From Bacteroidota bacterium (lineage in GTDB: Bacteria > Bacteroidota > Bacteroidia > Flavobacteriales > Flavobacteriaceae): a DNA stretch of 44,224 bases. Positions 39,113 through 44,224 of this stretch are shown here, piece by piece; within the stretch, counting starts at the first letter, position 1; each line of letters begins with the position of its first letter. The notes below the pieces were generated by a model. That model did not search any database, was not told the DNA's origin, and worked only from the letters and a program-made list of their open reading frames with translations. The stretch covers positions 1 to 44,224 of the forward strand of contig JAJYTI010000001.1 of the NCBI GenBank assembly GCA_021793135.1. Direction: 5' to 3'. Both the position numbers and the translations under genes were made by a program.

Positions 39113-41815
39113 TTATAACTGATAGGAAATGGTAAGCAATACTGTTCTAGGTTGTATATACACTCGCTGATCGTATGATATAAATTGGTCGAAAGAATTA
39201 TGATGAATGAACTTATTATCGAATAAATTTTCTCCGCTTATTTCTATACCCCATGCGCTTTTGGGTATTTTATAATAGAGTGAAGCGGTTGCCTCTTCAT
39301 AGCTATAGCTTTGTTTATTGCTTTGATTATTATAAATCGTATGAGAATAATTTGCCTTAAAAGTAAATTGCTTTAAGAAGGAGTAACTAAATCTGGCCGA
39401 TGGCATAAGGCTCATAAATTTACTCTCAAAATTGGTGGATTTAGAAACACTAAAGTTCTGTCGTATACCTAATCGAAGCTTAGGGCCTTTTCTATGTAGG
39501 TTTTCTATGTATAAGGTGTAGTTATAAAGCTGTGCGTCATACTTTACTCTCGTATCGTTAATATACCTGTCGTACTCCATATAGCTCGCCAACCCACTTA
39601 AAGTAATACCAACGCGACCAAAGTGACGCCCTATAGTTCCCATAAATATGTATTGGTTTTCAGGTGATTCGGAGTAGATTGAAGAGCTTATTTGATCGAT
39701 CCCATCTATATGTGTTTGATTGCTAATTGTTTTCTCAAAACGCTTGTAGTTAAGGTTTAAGTTGAGATGATATCCTTTAAAAAGCCTAAGCCTTCTATAA
39801 GCTAAATCTACATCGTGGTATAATCTGTTCTCTAAATTTTCATTTCCTTTAAAAAGTTGATTAAAGTGAACTAGGCGTAATCTATTTGCCAACCTAGATG
39901 CTTCTACAAACTCTGATTTAAGATGGTATTCCAACTTAAGGTTATCCGAACTAGATATCCTATAAACCCCTTCAAATTCAGGCAATAATACACCTTTATT
40001 TTTATTGACTATCTGCTCTTCCAATTGGTCTGCTTTCCAAGTATAATGATGATATACCAAACCTGGTCTGAAAGTTATTTTATTTAGCTGAAATTTATAT
40101 TGAAATCCAGCATACAGGTCTATTAAATTCATTTTCAAATCATTGTCAAAGCCAGCTTGTTTAAAACTATGTATATCACCATTTGTTAAACGCTGGTAGT
40201 CACTGCTCCTATACGTTTGATCAAAAAAATAAACACCAGCTAGTGGATATAAATGTCTGGTGGGGTGGAATGCCCAGAAATGCTGCGCATTTACTCTACC
40301 CGACAAGGATTTAGAATCAAAATCATGAATAAAATTATAATTATCATTTTCCGTATCCTCCAACGCGGGTATAAGATCGCCAAATACTGGTTCGTTAAAT
40401 AGCCAATCCGCTAAGTTGTCCTCTTCCTTGTAGACAAGCTCTCCAGTAACTTCCCAAGTGTGTTCATAGCTAGATTGTTTAGAGTAGCGAAAATGCTGCT
40501 CTAAGGATATCTCATAAGGGTTTTGTATCGTGTTCGTATGCTTTACTTGATTTGCTATTTCAGATGCTAATGCCCCGTGATAGTCCTGACTGCTGAAATT
40601 AAATAAGCTATGGTAAGCAAAATCCGTAAGATGCTCTGGTCGATAGCGTAGCTTTAATTTATTATAACTGCCTAATCCATTAATATTACGAGCATCTTCG
40701 CGAAATTCCTCTAAGTTTTCTTCAGTTAAATATCGGATAGAAGTTTCTCTTAAGCTTTCTGATTTTTGCTTTGCAACCATACTATATACATCCAGCTCTA
40801 ATGCTTTGCTTAGTTCTGTATGGAAATTTAATGCACCAAAGATAGATTTCTGAAAATGACTGTTGTGCGAAGTGTTTCGTGAGAATTTATTTAATCCCAT
40901 GTCACTGGTTTGTATTGGGCTGTCACTAAAATTACCTCTAAACCGTCTTACTGCATTATGGTCCAAACTTGCTTCGGAAGTATTGTTTAGGTTCCCAATA
41001 AAGTTCACAGTTGTCTTAGGACTGTAGTAAAACAATCTTGGTCGTATGGTATATCGCTTATCTATTCCACCACCAACTTCATTTTCACCAAATAGAAATT
41101 TATTTTTCCCTTCTTTCAGCTTTATATTCAGTACCATCTTATCACTATCATTTAGGCCTTTCATAAACGCCACTTCATTGTAGTTGTCTATGGCCTCTAC
41201 TTTATCTACCACGTCGGCAGGAATGTTTTTAACTCCAAGTTTGGTATCGCCACCAAAGAAGTCTTTTCCATCTAGCATCAATTTGGTTACTCGCTTGCCG
41301 TTTACTGTTACATTACCATCGGAATCTACTTCCATTCCTGGTAGTTTTGCCAAAACATCTTCTAGTTTTCGTTCTTCGCCTGTGGTGAATTTATCGGTAC
41401 TATAGGTGATTAAATCATCTTCTACAAGAACAGCAATTTCTGTCCGAATCACTACTTCGTCTAGCATATCGCTGCTTTCTATCAATGTATAATCTTTTGA
41501 TTTGCTTTCACTTAACAGAATATTATCGTTAACTTTTATATAGCCTAAATAGCTTATTTCTATAATATACGGCGTGTCTTTTTTGAGTCGAAGTAAATAT
41601 TGTCCGTTTTCATCGCTAATCGCAAAAGCTACACTCTCGGTTTTAATCTCTGGCTTTGCCAGAATATTGGCAAATGCAAGAGGTTGACCTATACTATCTT
41701 GGACTATCCCCTGGAGCTTTATTTCTTGTGCGATAAGGAGCCTAGTAAAGGAAAAGAAAATAATACCAAGAAAAACAAACTGGCGTATTATCTGTGAATA
41801 AGTGATCATAAACAT
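39113..41815 (-). CDS. outer-membrane beta-barrel protein with N-terminal carboxypeptidase-regulatory-like domain (TonB-dependent-receptor-like)
   Basis: 900 aa. After the signal peptide comes a CarboxypepD_reg-like segment (IKLQGIVQDSIGQPLAFANILAKPE...GQYLLRLKKDTPYIIEISYLGY). Next is a plug-like stretch (LEDVLAKLPGMEVDSDGNVTVNGKRVTKLMLDGKDFFGGD). The rest is a long Y/F/N-rich alternating beta-strand region up to the C-terminus. Confidence 0.8.
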   Translation of the reverse strand: MFMITYSQIIRQFVFLGIIFFSFTRLLIAQEIKLQGIVQDSIGQPLAFANILAKPEIKTESVAFAISDENGQYLLRLKKDTPYIIEISYLGYIKVNDNILLSESKSKDYTLIESSDMLDEVVIRTEIAVLVEDDLITYSTDKFTTGEERKLEDVLAKLPGMEVDSDGNVTVNGKRVTKLMLDGKDFFGGDTKLGVKNIPADVVDKVEAIDNYNEVAFMKGLNDSDKMVLNIKLKEGKNKFLFGENEVGGGIDKRYTIRPRLFYYSPKTTVNFIGNLNNTSEASLDHNAVRRFRGNFSDSPIQTSDMGLNKFSRNTSHNSHFQKSIFGALNFHTELSKALELDVYSMVAKQKSESLRETSIRYLTEENLEEFREDARNINGLGSYNKLKLRYRPEHLTDFAYHSLFNFSSQDYHGALASEIANQVKHTNTIQNPYEISLEQHFRYSKQSSYEHTWEVTGELVYKEEDNLADWLFNEPVFGDLIPALEDTENDNYNFIHDFDSKSLSGRVNAQHFWAFHPTRHLYPLAGVYFFDQTYRSSDYQRLTNGDIHSFKQAGFDNDLKMNLIDLYAGFQYKFQLNKITFRPGLVYHHYTWKADQLEEQIVNKNKGVLLPEFEGVYRISSSDNLKLEYHLKSEFVEASRLANRLRLVHFNQLFKGNENLENRLYHDVDLAYRRLRLFKGYHLNLNLNYKRFEKTISNQTHIDGIDQISSSIYSESPENQYIFMGTIGRHFGRVGITLSGLASYMEYDRYINDTRVKYDAQLYNYTLYIENLHRKGPKLRLGIRQNFSVSKSTNFESKFMSLMPSARFSYSFLKQFTFKANYSHTIYNNQSNKQSYSYEEATASLYYKIPKSAWGIEISGENLFDNKFIHHNSFDQFISYDQRVYIQPRTVLLTISYQL

Positions 41816-41851
41816 TGGAACTTAGTATCTTGCGATAGAATGGTATTTACT

Positions 41852-42589
41852 TTATTGTTTAAATGCATCGCGCATTTTTTTCATTTCCCCATGATATTCA
41901 GTATGTAGTATAGGTTTCCTTTTAGGTATTTTAATATCGTTAGCTTTTTTATAGAGTTCTATTTCTGTAGCATAGTAAATAAAGTTTCTTTGTCTTACTT
42001 CTAGTATCAATCCTGGTAGCCCATAAATTTCCATAGGGCCATATCGGAAAGGTATTTCTGGTGTAAACCATGCTTCTAGATTTTCATCTATCTCTTCTCC
42101 ATTTATTTTGATTGGCGTAATGGCTTTATAGCAAGTATATCCATGAATTTCTTTTGTCTCATTAGTTATTTCCCAAGAGGATATATCTCTATCATACCGC
42201 ACAGTCCACTCTCTACCAGCAATTTCAAATTCATGTATTTGGAAGTTCCCTTCAATTTCCGTGTAATATTCCCGATGAAATCCTGATCTTATAGCTGCAC
42301 TGTGTAACTCAGAATGATTGCCAACCCCCATCATTGAAGGCATTTTAGCTAAAGCATTTTTTGTATTAAACTCTGTTACTAACTGCATATTGGGAGCATG
42401 TGTTTTAAGCCTATTGTAGGCATTGACAAATGCTTTTTTGCTATAAATGTTTTTAATGTTTGTCGTGTCTTTAAACTCCATCATCGATTTTGGTGGAATT
42501 ACTTTGTACACTACTTTCCCAGATTGATACTGTGCAAAAACCGTTTGAGTAAATAGGCTTAATAGGAATATAAAAATTAGGTGTCGCAT
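41852..42589 (-). CDS. GLPGLI family protein (secreted, function unknown), copy A
   Basis: 245 aa. Signal peptide MRHLIFIFLLSLFTQTVFAQ and the eponymous motif YGLPGLILEV (TIGR01200-type family, from memory). Confidence 0.8.
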   Translation of the reverse strand: MRHLIFIFLLSLFTQTVFAQYQSGKVVYKVIPPKSMMEFKDTTNIKNIYSKKAFVNAYNRLKTHAPNMQLVTEFNTKNALAKMPSMMGVGNHSELHSAAIRSGFHREYYTEIEGNFQIHEFEIAGREWTVRYDRDISSWEITNETKEIHGYTCYKAITPIKINGEEIDENLEAWFTPEIPFRYGPMEIYGLPGLILEVRQRNFIYYATEIELYKKANDIKIPKRKPILHTEYHGEMKKMRDAFKQ

Positions 42590-42619
42590 AGCATAGCATA
42601 TAATTATTAAAGTGTGCTA

Positions 42620-43354
42620 TTATCTAAATGCATCTCGCATTTTTTTCATTTCCGCATGAAACTCTAGTTCTGGAATTGGATTTCCTTTAAGTTTTTTAAT
42701 TTTCTTATCTGTTTTTTCTAATTTTATTTCTGATGCATAATAAGTAAAGTTTCTCCTTTTTACTTCTAATATCAATCCTGGCAATCCATGTATACTACTT
42801 GGGCCGAATTGGAAAGGTAATTCCGGTGCAAACCAAGCTTCTATTTCCTCCTCTACTTCTATTCCATTGATTCTTAATGGACTCGTAGCTTTATAACAAG
42901 TGTATCCTAGAATTTCTTTTGTCTCATCCGTTATTTTCCATAAAGAATTGTTTCTTTCATAAAGCACTAGCCAATTTCTACCTGCTACTTCAAATTCGTG
43001 TATCTGATGGTCCTTTTCCGCATCTGTATAATAAATATGATTCAATTTCGCTCTTATAGTAGCCCTATAGAAATCAGAGTTATTACTCCTATCCATTCTA
43101 GGCGGTATTTGTGCGAGTGCTTCTCTAGTATTAAATTCCATTACTAAATTCATATGTGGTGCATGAGTTTTAACTCTGTTATAAGCAGTTACAAATGCAT
43201 TTTTGCTATAAACGTTTTTGATCTTTGTTGTATCTTTAAACGCCATCATTGATTTTGGTGGAATTACTTTGTATACCACTTTCCCAGATTGGTACTGTGC
43301 AAAAGCTGTTTGTGTAAATAGGCTTAATAGGAATATAAAAATTAGGTGTCGCAT
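42620..43354 (-). CDS. GLPGLI family protein, copy B
   Basis: 244 aa with the same architecture and motif HGLPGLILEV. Confidence 0.8.
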   Translation of the reverse strand: MRHLIFIFLLSLFTQTAFAQYQSGKVVYKVIPPKSMMAFKDTTKIKNVYSKNAFVTAYNRVKTHAPHMNLVMEFNTREALAQIPPRMDRSNNSDFYRATIRAKLNHIYYTDAEKDHQIHEFEVAGRNWLVLYERNNSLWKITDETKEILGYTCYKATSPLRINGIEVEEEIEAWFAPELPFQFGPSSIHGLPGLILEVKRRNFTYYASEIKLEKTDKKIKKLKGNPIPELEFHAEMKKMRDAFR

Positions 43355-43389
43355 AGCCTTAATTATTAAAGTGTGCTTTAAGGGTGCTA

Positions 43390-44124
43390 TTATTTAAATG
43401 CATCTCGCATTTTTTTCATTTCCGCATGATATTCAGTATGTAATATAGGTTTTCTTTTAGGCTTTTTAATATTGTTATTTTTCTTATAGAGTTCTATTTC
43501 TGTAGCATAGTAAATAAAGTTTTTTTGTCTTACTTCTAGTATCAATCCTGGTAGCCCATAAATTTCCATAGGGCCATATCGGAAAGGTATTTCTGGTGTA
43601 AACCATGCTTCTAGATTATCATCTATTTCTTCTCCATTTATTTTGATTGGCGTTATCGCTTTATAGCAAGTATATCCATGAATTTCTTTTGTCTCATTAG
43701 TTATCTCCCAAGAGGATATATCTCTATCATACCGCACAGTCCACTCTCTGCCAGCAATTTCAAATTCATGTATTTGATAGTTACTTTCAATTTCCGTGTA
43801 ATATTCCCGATGAAACTTTGTAGCTATCATTGCAGTTTGTAAACTAGCACGATTATCTACTTTCATCATTGAGGGCATTTTAGCCAATGCATTTTTTGTG
43901 TTAAACTCCAATACTAGCTGCATATTTGGTGCATGTGATTTAAGTCTATTATAAGTAGTCACAAAAGCATTTTTAGTATATTTATTTTTAATGTTTGTCG
44001 TGTCTTTAAACTCCATCACCGTTTTTGGTGGAATTACTTTATATACCACTTTCCCAGATTGGTACTGTGCAAAAGCTGTTTGTGTAAGAATTGTTACTAG
44101 GATTATTAAAATTAGATGTCGCAT
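43390..44124 (-). CDS. GLPGLI family protein, copy C
   Basis: The ORF track extends to 44184. The internal ATG at 44124 gives MRHLILIILVTILTQTAFAQ, aligning exactly with the starts of copies A and B and giving 244 aa. Motif YGLPGLILEV. Confidence 0.78.
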   Translation of the reverse strand: MRHLILIILVTILTQTAFAQYQSGKVVYKVIPPKTVMEFKDTTNIKNKYTKNAFVTTYNRLKSHAPNMQLVLEFNTKNALAKMPSMMKVDNRASLQTAMIATKFHREYYTEIESNYQIHEFEIAGREWTVRYDRDISSWEITNETKEIHGYTCYKAITPIKINGEEIDDNLEAWFTPEIPFRYGPMEIYGLPGLILEVRQKNFIYYATEIELYKKNNNIKKPKRKPILHTEYHAEMKKMRDAFK

Positions 44125-44140
44125 AGCATTGATTATTAAA

Positions 44141-44176
44141 GTGTGCTTTAGGAACAATTTCATTCCTAAAGCACAC
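44141..44176 (-). promoter_or_regulatory. perfect 14-bp inverted repeat immediately upstream of the GLPGLI array (operator, leader hairpin or upstream-gene terminator)
   Basis: gtgtgctttaggaa (44141..44154) and ttcctaaagcacac (44163..44176) are exact reverse complements with an 8-nt loop. The element ends 17 nt from the copy-C ATG. Confidence 0.5.
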
Positions 44177-44224
44177 TGATTCAATTATTTTTTGGAACTT
44201 ATAGATCCACTACAGAATCTCCGG

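Larger units (their letters stand above)
41852..44176 (-). repeat. tandem triplication of a unit of about 770 bp (GLPGLI gene plus a short conserved leader)
   Basis: Three head-to-tail paralogs with 30-35-nt spacers. Each ATG is preceded by agcacactttaataat within the leader. Long stretches between copies are nearly identical at the nucleotide level. Confidence 0.85.

Noticed and set aside
41184-41797. Two plus-strand ORFs (73 aa and 65 aa) inside the 900-aa outer-membrane protein gene
   Set aside because: They are antisense shadows within a coherent long CDS, with no motifs.
44125-44184. 20-codon N-terminal extension of GLPGLI copy C (MNQCALGMKLFLKHTLIINA...) given by the ORF track
   Set aside because: Copies A and B start at the equivalent MRHLI... 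methionine. The extension would bury the signal peptide and runs through the inverted repeat, so the start at 44124 is preferred.

Overview
Low-GC chromosomal segment that looks like Bacteroidota, probably Flavobacteriia. Lineage evidence: TAnnTTTG -7 promoter boxes with very short leaders, a PorW/SprE-like TPR lipoprotein, GLPGLI-family genes, and an atp operon that stops after atpG. All family names come from motifs I recognise by eye; no searches were run. Layout: (1) 1-8.8 kb housekeeping and cell-envelope genes (holB fragment, pgk, LysM lytic transglycosylase, lipoprotein, tatA, M23 peptidase, GH3-family enzyme, a 564-aa orphan). (2) 8.8-25.7 kb one co-directional surface-polysaccharide (O-antigen/capsule-like) locus: rfbBACD, wecB/wecC, a more AT-rich core with a flippase-like protein, three Wzy/WaaL-superfamily membrane proteins and two GT-B glycosyltransferases, then GT26, UDP-GlcA decarboxylase and the initiating phosphoglycosyltransferase. 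(3) purD, a small membrane protein, a DUF4254 + GT9 pair, and an orphan PaaE-like reductase. (4) sprE/porW-like gene, bactofilin, atpZ-like gene and atpBEFHAG ending at a strong terminator. (5) A minus-strand module of one 900-aa outer-membrane beta-barrel protein preceded by three tandem, mosaic GLPGLI paralogs. I found no rRNA, tRNA, CRISPR, transposase, integrase, phage gene or recognisable defence or toxin-antitoxin gene. I cannot point to a clear-cut novel system. The best candidates for uncharacterised biology are the barrel + GLPGLI module, the 564-aa protein with a phosphorylase-like C-terminal half, the DUF4254-GT9 pair, and the triple-Wzy variable core of the polysaccharide locus.
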